Source: Octopus vulgaris (lineage: Eukaryota). Taken from it: a stretch of DNA of 64,000 bases. The number at the start of each line of letters is the position of its first letter. Position 1 is the first letter of the stretch. The notes beneath the pieces are model-generated. The model was not told where the DNA came from. It saw nothing but the letters and a program-made list of their open reading frames with translations, and searched no databases. Shown in pieces: positions 27,382 to 39,780 of this stretch. The DNA is taken from contig OX597826.1 of assembly GCA_951406725.2 (NCBI GenBank), forward strand, positions 19,282,001-19,346,000, written 5' to 3'. A program made the translations under genes and the position numbers.

Positions 27382-27890
27382 GTTGAAATTTACAGAAAAA
27401 CAAAAGACGAAGACAGGTGTATGAACAACAAGCAGGTGTATTAGTTTGACGCTCGGGAAAGTGAGAAAAGTATTTTGCGTTTCGAGCCTACGCTCTTCAG
27501 CAGAGAGCAACGAGAGAAAATAAACAGAGAGAGAGAGAGAGAGAGGGAGAGGGGAGAGGGAGAGAGAGAATTTTAAAAAAACTTGTAGATTTAGCGGTCA
27601 AGCATGGTGACTAGTTAGAAAAAAAAGTTTGACAGAATTTGAAAGTATTGGTGATCCCAAAACGAAGTTGAGCGTGCGTATGTGTATATGTGAGAATGTG
27701 TGTGGGTGTGGGGGGAGGAGCTAGTGACTTTGATGAGTGTAAATGTGTGTGTGTGCGTCTGTGACGTGTGGATGATGGTGTGTGGTGTGGGTGTTGGGAA
27801 GTGGTCAGTGCTGGTGTGTGTGGAGTGATGTGGGGTGGTGTGATGTGGTGGGGTGTGGGGATGTGGGGTTAGGGTGTGGATGGGGGTAGC
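27380..27890 (-). mobile_element. PLE terminal repeat / 3' UTR with variant hammerhead at 27473-27506
   Basis: Homologous to 57000-57485; minus strand: CTGCTGA-a-gagc-gtag-gctc-GAAA-cg-ca. Confidence 0.7.
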
Positions 27891-27929
27891 TGATACGTTG
27901 CATTGAGACGATTTTCTTTGTGTAGCGTC

Positions 27930-28830
27930 GAATTCCGCCGTTAATTTTATACTCTGTGGCGATCATAGCTTGGAGCTGTAGTCCAGGTGGCTGAAGACAT
28001 ATGTCCTCCAAAACACCATGATAGTTTCCGTTCTTCTCCTTCTGGAAGTTCGGAGGATCCATCCAGCTAACTGTCTGCATTTTATTACCGAATTAGTAAT
28101 ATGCACATAGAAAGATGCATCATGACCCACGTCAATGCTCAGGTCACGCACTGATTTTGATTCAGGTACTACAATTCCTTCTGGGCCAGTGTATACCGTC
28201 TGCATGTCGTTCAGCTTTGTGTGCTGTTAGCGCAGGGCTTGGAGTTTTCCAGCATTAAATTGCATGATATTGTCCTCAGCCTACCTGTATATTGCGTCCA
28301 ACACCCATTGCAGATGCACAATATTTCCAGGGTTCTCAATCGTCTGAGAGACTATTGTGTCATCTGCACAGCTAGCGGGGGTGACAATCTGAGCAGATGC
28401 GAGCCCGTCTGAGAGGGCCACTATGAATAGCAGTGGCCCTAAGACAGTGCCCCGTGGAACACCACTTACTATTTGTTTCCTTTGTAATAGCTTTCATTGG
28501 TAACCACTGCCTCACGTCTATCTTTTAGAAAGTCGTGTAGCTACTCACCAAGTCGAGATTACGCAGTTTGTGATTATATCATACCATGGTCCACTTTATC
28601 AAAGGCTTTTGCGAAGTCGAGATATGTTACATCCCCACGCGAGTCGTTTAGCAGCTGTTTTAACAACCAGCCGTAATGCTGCAAAATCTGTATCTTACAG
28701 CTTCTACTCGGTTGAAATCCATGCCGGGTGTCAGTCAGCAAGTCGTTCTCTTCAAGGAACGCAATTACATTCTTGCGGACCATTCGCACCATGACTTTGC
28801 TGATGTGTGAGGTCAGAGAGATAGGCTTAA
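27930..28830 (-). pseudogene. CR1/L2-like LINE reverse transcriptase remnant
   Basis: 'HGFQPSRSC..YLDFAKAFDKVDH', 'GVPRGTVLGPLLFIV', 'ADDT', 'RQLAGWILRT..SHLDYSS'. Confidence 0.9.
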
Positions 28831-28899
28831 GGGTTCGACATAATATTTTTTATAACCCAGGCCCCGCTGTCTGCTCTCTCTTTTTCGTGAGATTGATGG

Positions 28900-28948
<49 letters not shown>

Positions 28949-29261
28949 TGTATATATGTATTGAGCCATCCCACAAATAATGCGGTTTTTATACTTTTAT
29001 TAAGACAAAAACAAATTTTCATTACGTCTTGCAACCTTTGCAATAGGTGTTGACTCTGTCCGTTATCCGAGCTGCGTTCTTTTTGTTTGTTTGTGCGCAT
29101 GTGTGAGGGTCAGTGTGTGTGCGCATACACATGTATGTATGTATGTATGTATGTATGTATGTATGTATGTATGTATGTATGTATGCATGTATGTATGTAT
29201 GTTTGTATGTATGTATGTATGTTTGAAAGTATGTATGTATGTTTGAAAGTATGTATGTATG

Positions 29262-29294
<33 letters not shown>

Positions 29295-29879
29295 TTGTAT
29301 GTATGTATGTATGTATATATGTATGTATGTATGTATTATGTATGTATGTATGTATACATGCATGCATGTAAATGTGTGTATGCAGGTATGGGTGTTTGTG
29401 TGTGTGCGTATGTATATATGTATGCATGTGTGTACGTTTGTATGTGTGTATTCTGCATATTCATATGTGTTCATGTTTGTGTGTTTTTATGTGTGTGTGT
29501 GTTTGCATGTGTGTGTGTGTGTGTACATCTATCTCCTTGTGTGTACATGTCTGAGTGTGTCTGTGTATGGGTTTTGTGACTATGTACTGTATCTGTATGT
29601 CTCTATTTGTGTCCTTGTGCAAGTGAATTGTGAGTGTGTGTATGGTCACGTGTCTCTGTCTTCATTTGCGCATGTGTGTGTATGTGTACTTGTTTGTTCA
29701 TATTACCTATGCACCTATCCATCTGTATATCTATTTACATTAATATCTATTTACCTACATACATATGCATATACATACATATACGTATACCTATACATAT
29801 ATAGACACACATACACACATACATCTACATAACAGCCTACTTACTATTCTACTTATATATATATATAAACTATGGATAT

Positions 29880-30225
29880 GGGGCTATGATTACCTTCTAC
29901 GTATATTTCCTCTTTAGTACTGGGGATGTTTCATTTATGAGGACGTACTTCTGTATTTGTCTGAGTGTTGGGTCCTTTGGATACTTGGATAAAAGGCGGA
30001 TGTCAAGTTGACCCAGGTTGCCTCAATGTTGGTCCTTGGTATGTTGGTAGAGTATGGAGGACTGTTTTTGTCGCCACATTGTCTCAAATGTCCATTTAGT
30101 CTTTCCGCAATGTTCCTAGATGACTCTCCCAAGTATGTTATGTTCTTGTCTTTACAAGCACTTTCTATGCGTACGCTCCTTTATTTTCTACAATACTCTC
30201 CAATCTATCTGGTAGATCTGCAAGG
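29880..30225 (-). mobile_element. PLE GIY-YIG endonuclease fragment
   Basis: 'CKDKNITYLGESSRNIAERLNGHL'. Confidence 0.7.
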
Positions 30226-31340
30226 TCCGTGACGAAAAATACTCTTCCAGTACTGTTCTGACCGCGTCTAGAGAATTCGTATTTTTACCATCGAAATGAT
30301 TTTGAAAACTACGAAATAAATGATAATCAGATGGGGAAATGTCCGGCGAATATGATGAGTGGGGCATCGTTTCCCATTCAAACTGCTCCAGCCTTGCGAA
30401 TGTCATCCTCGCTGGATGTGGCCGAGCATTATCCTGATGGAAGAACACCTTTCCTCTTGAAACCAAAGAGGGTCGTTTTTCTTCTAGCGCTGACATAAGC
30501 CGCTCAAGCTGCACGCAGCAGATCTCCTTTGTTATCGTTTGCTTTGTGCTTAAAAGTTCACAGTGGATTAAACCTTTCATATCCCTCTGAACAGATAACA
30601 ATACCTTACGTGGAGTAAGACCTTCTTTAGCCTGGGGTACCGGTGTTTCTCCTTTCCTTACCCACTGTCGTCGGCGCTTGACATTTTTATAGAGAACCCA
30701 TTCCTCATTACCAGTCACTATTCGATCAAAAAAAAGGCTCATTTGTGGGACGTGACAGCGAAGAAGAGCACACATTAACTCTCTGCGCACGATTAGACTC
30801 GGAGAGTTTGTAAGGAACCCATCGACCCAATTTGCTGACTTTTCTGATGGCACGCAAGTGTCGATGAATTGTTGAATGATGAAATCCAAGCTTCTCCCCT
30901 AGTTCCTCGACAGTTACGGTGAGATTTTCTTTTAGGAGGGTTTGCAAGACACCCTTATCGAGCCCTACAGATCTTCCAGGATGAGGCTTGTCTTCTAGGC
31001 TGTAGTTTCCGGCTCCGAATTTCTGGAACCACCGTTAACACTGGCTTAGGCTTATTGCCTGATCCCCATATAATGAATTAATATTCCTCGCACTTTCCGT
31101 TGTGTTGTTGCCTTTATTGAACTCACAAAGCCGAATATGCTCCGTTGTCATTTCCATTATAACTTTGAAAAAGTAACTGTTAAAATCGAACTGCACTCTT
31201 CAAAACTTGCACTATGAATAAGGACAATGTAAAATTACTACCTTCTTTTATAGTAAGTTGATGTAGGTAGTTTACCCCGTCCCCCTCCGACTTTTAGTTC
31301 ACGCAATTGAAAAGACCGCAATATATATGGGATGACCCAA
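30226..31340 (-). mobile_element. mariner (DD34D) element with near-complete transposase pseudogene, 3' end truncated
   Basis: TIR ttgggtcatccca; ATG near 31157; WVPYKL, 'DRIVTGNEEW', 'FHQDNARPH', 'YSPDISPSDYHLF'; frameshifts; first catalytic D mutated to N. Confidence 0.93.
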
Positions 31341-31403
31341 CACACACACACACGCACACGCGCGCGCGCACACACACACACACACGCACGCGCACACAAA
31401 CAC

Positions 31404-31452
<49 letters not shown>

Positions 31453-31612
31453 TTTCAAACATTTCCTACTTTCCGTTTGTATTATTTGACCCATGCACGT
31501 AAACCCACACGCACATATACATATACGCACCTGTACACTACTTTCGAACTGCATTACTTATACATAAGTACATGCGGTGTTACGAACACACACACACACA
31601 CACAGACACGCA

Positions 31613-31653
<41 letters not shown>

Positions 31654-32116
31654 ACGCATATATAATTAAATATTCTTAAAAGTTCATATTTGTATTTACT
31701 GATGCAAATACATGCGCATTTATAAGCACCCGTTGTGTATATATACACATGCATGTGTGTGCGCACGCATTCAGACACACGCATATATCATAAACCATGA
31801 ACATACACACCCACACATAGTCACACTTATTCGAAAGCAAACACACTGACATACGCAAAATATTTGCGAGTGTTAACTTACATCTGCTCTTATCAAATTA
31901 CCGAACACTATGTCATGTGAAGATCCTCGCCTGTCCCGTTTCCCTTCGTCTTCTCTTACCACTTTCCCCAAACCCTTACAATCGTCCTTCTAATGTCTTA
32001 TGTGTTATTTAATCCCTCTAGGAATTTCTTCAGATGTCTACACACGCACGCATGCTCACCACACACACACTCTCTCACGCATCATACATACATACATACA
32101 TACATACATACATACA

Positions 32117-32148
<32 letters not shown>

Positions 32149-32581
32149 CAAGGATGTGTGCACACAAATCCACTTACATCATTATAAGTGTAGTGTGTGT
32201 ATGCAACAAATATATTTTTTATGGCAATTACGATGGAAATGATATGTATTACAAGAAGATTACTGATGACGACAATATCATTTCATAGTTAACACAGTGA
32301 GTGTGTATGTGTGTGTGTGTGTGCATGTGTGCGTGTGTGTATTAAATCAAGAATATTATGTAGAATATGAATGTGTATTATAATATATAGGAGTAAATGT
32401 AAGAACAAGCAAGCTCGGCAATTCGATATACAAATATTAAATATATATTTTAATATGTTTACATATGTATATTTTTTGTGTTGCCTAACTTGCTTGTCTT
32501 TACATTTACTCCTCTACTTGCTCAAGTTCAAATCTCTTGAGCACTCCGAAGTGTATCCTATACTGAGAGTACCTGTCTCTA

Positions 32582-32692
<111 letters not shown>

Positions 32693-32792
32693 TAGAAATG
32701 GCAAGACAACAAAAGAATGAAAGATACCTCGATATTATGTAAATAGAGGAATTTATCTGTAAATATAATATGTGACAATTATTCGGTAGCCA

Positions 32793-32855
32793 TGATAAAA
32801 CTCCGAGTTTCAGATGTCGGGGCAGAAACCCACGCCAGCATCTCTTCAGTTATCA
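32793..32855 (-). ncRNA. Type I hammerhead ribozyme, canonical CUGAAGA core
   Basis: Minus strand: tgataa-CTGAAGA-gatg...catc-t-GAAA-ctcggag-TT-ttatca. Confidence 0.85.
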
Positions 32856-33411
32856 AGCCATCGAAAAAATGCTCTGAAAATGACCGTTAAATCAAAGGGA
32901 ACTTTTTTTGTGCGCGTGTGTTTGTGTGCGTATATAGACGTATGCGGGTATGTGCGTATATTAGTCGTGTGTGTGCGTGCATGCGTATATAGACGTGTCT
33001 TACTCCTATTGCTTATTTTTTAAATTTTTTCTTTCACAGATTTTTCTGTATTTTGCCTTTAGCCCTGTTTTTTCTTGTGCATGTGCGTGTGCATATGTAT
33101 GAACCATTTCTGTGCGCGCGTGTATGTGGGTAGGTATATATTTTTTGGCGAATGTGTGGGTGAGCATGTGTGTGTCTCAAGTGAAGGTGGATAAGTATAT
33201 ACATAGAGGCGCATGTACGTGGGTGTGCAGGCGCGCATGTGTATGTATGGATATGCGCGATTACGCGATTACTATGAACATTTTTACTCCCTTACCTTTA
33301 CTTCCTCTCCTTAGCGGTCATTGTAATAGCTCTTTTGTCTTAATAACGGTCAATCACACAGTAATTTCCCTTTGTTTTAACGGTCATTTTCCTAGCATAT
33401 TTTCGATGGCC

Positions 33412-33474
33412 TGATAACTGAAGAGACGCTGGCGTGGGTTTCCGCCCCGACAACCGAAACTCGGAGTTTTATCA
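33412..33474 (+). ncRNA. Type I hammerhead ribozyme, canonical CUGAAGA core (stem II eroded)
   Basis: tgataa-CTGAAGA-gacg...caacc-GAAA-ctcggag-TT-ttatca. Confidence 0.8.
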
Positions 33475-33505
33475 TGGCTACCGAATAATTGTCACATATC
33501 ATATT

Positions 33506-33551
<46 letters not shown>

Positions 33552-33554
<3 letters not shown>

Positions 33555-34363
33555 TAGCTGACGTACTCGGTAATTCCTGGGAAAGCGGGGCTAATCCCTT
33601 GGTTCCGTTCTCATAATAGTTTGGCTAATCATCCAATAACAACAATACAAAGTATATAGCCTTAAAACGGTTTTTGTGCATTTACAGAGAATACCGAACT
33701 GTCTTACACAGGATCTTGTTTTTAGGAATTCCCAATAAGTTATGAATATCCAAATTGGGAAGTCAGTTATGTAACACCAAAAAATTGTTATCCGATAGTA
33801 AGAATTCAAATAAAGTAGCCTCGAAAAGGGCTTTAATGCGTTCCCAGAGTATATAGAACTTCGGAGGAAATACTAATAAGGTATGTATACTAAAATCGTG
33901 AAGCATATGTTTCTTAATAACAGGTCAATCAGATATGAGATAATAACAATTCAAAGTAAATAACTGAAAAGTTATTGAGAATATTACCCTCAACGGCGCT
34001 AGTGTTGGTATATTCGTGATTAAGTCTCTAACCGAAATAAGTAGATTTATTGTTTAGGAAAATATTATTTATTTGTTTAAGGGTTGTAGTGGATAAATTA
34101 CGAAAATAATTCTAACAATTCAAATACTAAGAAATAAACATATTCAATTTGATTTATACCAAATAATTTAGGAAAATAATAGGATTATTTCCCTTGATTA
34201 TATATAAGGATCCCTTCCAGGGCCCCGTTATCGATTTTCAAATATCTGATTATGCCATGAGGTTTCCGTTTGTCAAGCTTCATCAAAATCGATAAAACGA
34301 TGTAGGAGGAGTTAGCCAACAATTCCACAAACACACCCACACACAGAATTTCCCACATATGTA

Positions 34364-34368
<5 letters not shown>
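33552..34368 (-). mobile_element. Non-autonomous Helitron-like element
   Basis: ctag terminus plus 'ctcggtaattcctggg' hairpin as at 5061; 'aagcttcatcaaaatcg' subterminal motif near the other end. Confidence 0.65.
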
Positions 34369-34412
<44 letters not shown>

Positions 34413-34665
34413 CGCACATCACTCACACACGTTATTAAATATGTAGATATTACAGAGTGCTAGTGGTATTACAGGTCATATTTGGTAATTTGATAAAACA
34501 ACTCTAATCTAGCAAAGACTTAATGAATTTTTATTTTAAAAATTGTGCTCAGGCACATCTGTGACTGCTTGGGAAGAAGTTTGCTTCCCAAGCATCCACC
34601 CAAAGCTATGTAAGCGGAGTTGGTAGAACTGAAAGAAGTCTGTCGTCTACGTATACATACATACA

Positions 34666-34746
<81 letters not shown>

Positions 34747-34902
34747 TTCAAATTTACAGAAAATAAAAGACGGAGACAGGTGTAGGAACAACATGCTAGT
34801 CTATTAGTTTGACACTCGCGAAAAATGCCTTTGATGTTTCGAGACTACTCCCTCTCTCTTTCTCACTTTCTCTCACTATATATATATAAAGAGTGAGTGA
34901 GT

Positions 34903-34940
<38 letters not shown>

Positions 34941-35139
34941 CAGACAGACAGAAGTGTGTGTGTGTGTGTGTGTGCGTATCCTTGTGTCTGTGTTTATTCC
35001 CCACCACCGCTTGACAACTGGTTTTGCTGTGTTTACGTTCCTGTAGTTTAGCGGTTCGGTAAAAGACACCGATAGAATAAGTACCAGGCTTAAAAAGAAT
35101 AAGTACTGGGGTTGATTAATCCGACTAAAAATTCTTCAA

Positions 35140-36870
35140 GGTGCACTAAATGGTCCTTATTTGTTTCCAGCATCACTTGAACAATGGCAGCTTTCAGTTC
35201 AGTGAAGGTGTTGTAAGGATATCAGTTTGTCTACCTTTTAACAACGCTCCATCCGTTGTAATTCATGGGGTTTTAATCTTGTGAGTTTGGAGGTCAAAAG
35301 TTTGGTGTCACGTGTTGGTAATGGTTATCTGGCATCTGTTTTGGGGTTATATGAGCCTTGTGAGAAACTGGTGTGTCCTCTTGAAACGCGTAGTACCTTC
35401 CACTGCATATTTCACCCATCCAGGGTTTAACAAAAGTCTCCAGCACCTCCAGGTATTCAGCAACTTTAATTCTATGACCTTGTAGAAAGATGTGAGGTAG
35501 TATGACATGACATCCTAAAACCATCATAGTTGCTGAAAACTTATTGTACATCACTCTGAGTATATCAAAAGGATATGCACTTAAACTTTTCCTGTTAGTC
35601 TGTCTCATCAGAACAAGTCATGTTCATGAAATCTTTTAACTTTGTTAACCGACCGCTTAGCATGAATAAGACGGGTTTTTCGCGTCTTTGCTACATACGA
35701 CTCGTATCCAATATTTCCATGCACTAATTCTGATTGTCCACTCCGACACCCCAATTTCTTTGGTGATCGGCCTCGTTGGTTTTTCGGAATCATCATCGAT
35801 AATCTTTTGACTTCACTAAATGAATTGCGGTGTTCTTATAGAGTCCAAACCAAAGTTAAAATATTTCCTACAGAAGCTTGTTTCCATCCGAACTACAAGG
35901 TCTGATCAGTAAGTATCCGGACTGTTGCTATAGTAACGAAGCTAAAATACACAGATTGAAACCGCTGGGCAAAAGTTGACCTTGAACTCTGCTGTGCATG
36001 CGTACTACGTTTTAATGTTTTAGCTCACTTCCGCTGTTTACAGCAGTGCTTGGAAGGAAGGTGTGTAGCGTGCGATCGTGACAGGGAGAGCTGTCATGAC
36101 GATACATGTTCAGAGTGTATGAGTGGTTGAGACGTTTCCAGCATGGCCGAAAAATGTCGATATTGACGAACGTTCTGGGATACCCGCAACCAGCAGAACT
36201 GAGAAAAACATCGCAGATGGACGTGCAGCTGTGAGGGGAAATCGTCGAATCACTATCCGTGAGTAATCAGAGGATGTGCATATTAGTTACGGTTCAGTTC
36301 ATTATCACTGAAGATTTGGGCATGAAATGCGTGACCGCCAAGTTTATGCTAAAACTGCTTTCAGCTGATCAAAAAGACACTCGGGTTTCAGTTGCACAAG
36401 ATCTTGATTGTGTCGAGAACGATGAAAACTTTTTGAAAACTTTGTGTAGGTCTCTGAGGAGGTATCGCCAAGCTCACGGCAAAATTTGATGCAGATTCTC
36501 TGCTCCCCTTTCTCTGACATAGTCAATGCGACGATCACACACTACACAGCCTCCTTCCAAGCACTGCTATAACTAGCAAAAGTGAGTTAGAATGCTAAGA
36601 CTTAGTGCGCATGCAAGGTCAATCTGTGCCAAGCGGCTTCATTCTGCATACTTTAGCATCATTACTATGGCAACAGTCCGGATACTTATTGATCAGACCA
36701 CGTATGAAAAGACCGTGCTAGATTTAGAAAGTTGATGATTACTAAATCCCTGGTGATAATGACTGCAAGTCTTTTAACTTCTTGTGTTAGCATTTCATCT
36801 GCCATGGGGAAATAAAACCTTTTAATTGATTTGAAAAGAGAAAAATATACTGACAGTTAGGTGTCCTCTT
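35140..36870 (-). mobile_element. maT/DD37D-type Tc1-mariner transposase pseudogene, split by a nested insertion
   Basis: N-terminus 'MADEMLTQEVKRLAVII..ARSF' (ATG at 36805) resumes left of 35895; 'EYLEVLETFVKPWM..YAFQEDTPVSHKA..PPNSQD..PMNY'. Confidence 0.85.
35896..36702. mobile_element. Non-autonomous mariner derivative with ~180 bp inverted ends and TA target duplication
   Basis: TA|caaggtctgatcagtaagtatccggactgttgc ... gcaacagtccggatacttattgatcagaccacg|TA; transposase N-terminal remnants on both strands. Confidence 0.9.
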
Positions 36871-36877
36871 ACATCTC

Positions 36878-36927
<50 letters not shown>

Positions 36928-36964
36928 GTGTGTGTGTGTACGTGTATTCGTGCGTGCGTAAGTG

Positions 36965-37452
36965 CAGGGTGTTCAGGCTAATTTTGATGATTTTTTTACG
37001 TCATTTTTTTTTATCAGGAACAGCTTAAAGTATTGGAAGGGAATATATGTGTGACAGCAAGATTTGAATCCTTGTCATACGTTTGGAAAGAATTAGAAAT
37101 GGTAGTCGGGGAATCTCTACGACTTCACCAAACCGAGTTTCCCCGATTGTAATCCCATGGATTACCGTATGCGGCGAGTACAGTTGAGGAAGACACCAAC
37201 CGCACTGCCTGCGACACCAACGGTGAACTGGTGGCCAAGATCAAGGAGGTCTTTGATGATCTCCCCAGGGACACAGTGAGGAACGCATGCGTCAGGTTCC
37301 GGGGCGACCTTAGGGCCGTGATGGGAACTGAAAGTGGCAACTTCGAATAAAGTTTTATCTCCCAGCCATAATATAGTTGATATTTTTTGATTTAAAATAT
37401 TTTAAATTACTTTTATTTTGCGTTTTTGTGCAAGCTGTTAAATTCAACCCGT
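36965..37452 (+). mobile_element. Internally deleted maT/DD37D-type element
   Basis: Starts cagggtg; C-terminal remnant 'PDCNPMDY..ELVAKIKEVFDDLPRDTVRNACVRFRGDLRAVMGTESGNFE*'. Confidence 0.8.
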
Positions 37453-37599
37453 ACGGGTTGCGCGCACGCGTGCGTGTGGTGTGCGTGTGTGTGCGTACCA
37501 GAGTAAGCATTTAAATGCGAAACAAGGGGGTAAATAGTACTCGAATACCAGAGGTAGAGTAATATGCTTTATTAAGACGCAGCAAAGATATCAAAAAAA

Positions 37600-37637
37600 C
37601 TGTTACTCAGAGTTTCACGTTCTCGTTCGTCGGACAG
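37600..37637 (-). ncRNA. 38-nt minimal type I hammerhead motif, CCGACGA core
   Basis: Minus strand: ctgt-CCGACGA-acg(agaa)cgt-GAAA-ctc(t)gag-TA-acag; all three helices pair perfectly. Confidence 0.85.
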
Positions 37638-38084
37638 TTTTGTTTAGAATGGAACAAAAATAAGCAAATACATATAATTAGTTTAATGGATGCACATTTG
37701 AAAATGGTTTTCTTTCATTGGTCCTTTCAAATAATGGTCTTTAAAATGACCAGTTGCATGCAATGAATAAAATTCGGTATAAAATCATCTTACTATAAAA
37801 TCGTAGAAAACCTCAAATCAAAAATAGCTTAAAAAGGACAGAGCCTAAATTAATTAATACATTAAAAGTTATATCCGTTTAAAATAGTTTTCACGTTGGA
37901 TTACATATACATTCAGCAGTATATGCACGTACGAAACCATCTATAATATACATATATACACTAAAACATATAGGCGCATGTACATAGTTATATACATACA
38001 TATACAAACATATACAGGCAAGACATAAATATATATACGAATGCACATATATATATATGTATATGTATGTATGCATATCTATCT

Positions 38085-38571
38085 ATGTATATAAAACTGA
38101 GAATGTGTGTCTGTCTGTCCGTGTGAATCCCTAAAACTTGAGAACTACACAACCGGTTTCATTCACATTTTACACATGCCTTAATTAGGGTCCATGGAGT
38201 GCCATGGGCAAAAAAAATAATAACTTCTTGACTAGGGCGAGCCCACAGCAATATCATATCTTCTTCACTATTTCTGTATTACGTGTTAAAAGTGAAACAA
38301 AAACATCTCTCTATTGTAATGTCAGACTTTAATACTTTCACTTTAATACTGAAACTATTAAAGTGAAACTATTATATAAGAGGGATGACCTGTAAATGGA
38401 CATCCATTATACTAGAAGAATATCCGCTATGGTCTTACCAACAACAAAGGAATGGTAAGGCCATAGTGGATCTTCTTCTGGCATAATGACCATAGAGAGT
38501 GCGAGCCCTCTAACTGAAAGACTGGACTTGTATAAAGGACACGCACAGACATTTTGCCTTTTTATATATAG

Positions 38572-38572
<1 letters not shown>
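38085..38572. mobile_element. Helitron/HINE-like non-autonomous fragments (two, opposite orientation)
   Basis: 'tatataaaactgagaatgtgtgtctgtctgtcc' start at ~38088; 'actag...ttttatatataga' unit at 38411-38572. Confidence 0.5.
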
Positions 38573-38649
<77 letters not shown>

Positions 38650-38677
38650 GGTATGTGTATATATATGTATGTTTATG

Positions 38678-38882
<205 letters not shown>

Positions 38883-38933
38883 ATATATGAATAAATAAAT
38901 GGAGTTTAATGCAGGTATACATCAAATGTTTTT

Positions 38934-39019
38934 ACTTTCGACACATGTTTCGAAAATTCCACTGATATTATTCAAAAGAATAAATGGTATAAACAATGCA
39001 ATCTTCTCTTCAGGAAAGT
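38934..39019 (-). ncRNA. Intact-looking type I hammerhead ribozyme with GUC cleavage triplet
   Basis: Minus strand: actttc-CTGAAGA-gaagatt...aattttc-GAAA-catgtg-TC-gaaagt. Confidence 0.88.
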
Positions 39020-39643
39020 TAAAAAAGGCAAGAAATTCTGTCTTTTCTGTAATTCTGAGCTATTTTTCATTATTTTTTCTAAAAATCCCCTAGTAAACAC
39101 GGTTATAGAGCGAGCATACAGATGTAAACATTGGCAAAAACACACCTTTAGTGCATATAAGTATTCTCTATCATTATATATAATTTAAACCTTAATTTCC
39201 TTTATATTTAACATTCACTATTAATATCCCTATTCTTTCTGTAAGCTACTTATGACGTTATATCGTATAACATTTCTTTAAACAATATTAATAACGTTCA
39301 GTTAATCGCTATACAAATCCATCATTTTTTTGCTAAAATGTCTTATTGACGAGTTTCGTTTTTTATATATATATATAGGGATTTCGTAGACAGAAACTTA
39401 AAGAAATCTATCGTATATATATGTATGTATGTATATATGTAAGTGTATGTGTGTGACTTTGTTTCTGTGTTTCGCCTTCATCACTGCTTCACAACTGCTG
39501 TTCATTTATTTACATCCCCATAACTTACTGGTTTCACAAGAAGAAACTAATAGAATAAGTACCAGGCTTATCAACATAAAAAAGCACTAGGCTGTGTCTC
39601 ATACTTTTCTTTGCCAACTCAGTTGTATCTATCAATTTATCTT

Positions 39644-39684
<41 letters not shown>

Positions 39685-39780
39685 CACATTCACACACTCA
39701 AACACACACACACACACACGCACACATACACATACACATACACATATATATATATACATGCATGTATATGTGCACATTCA

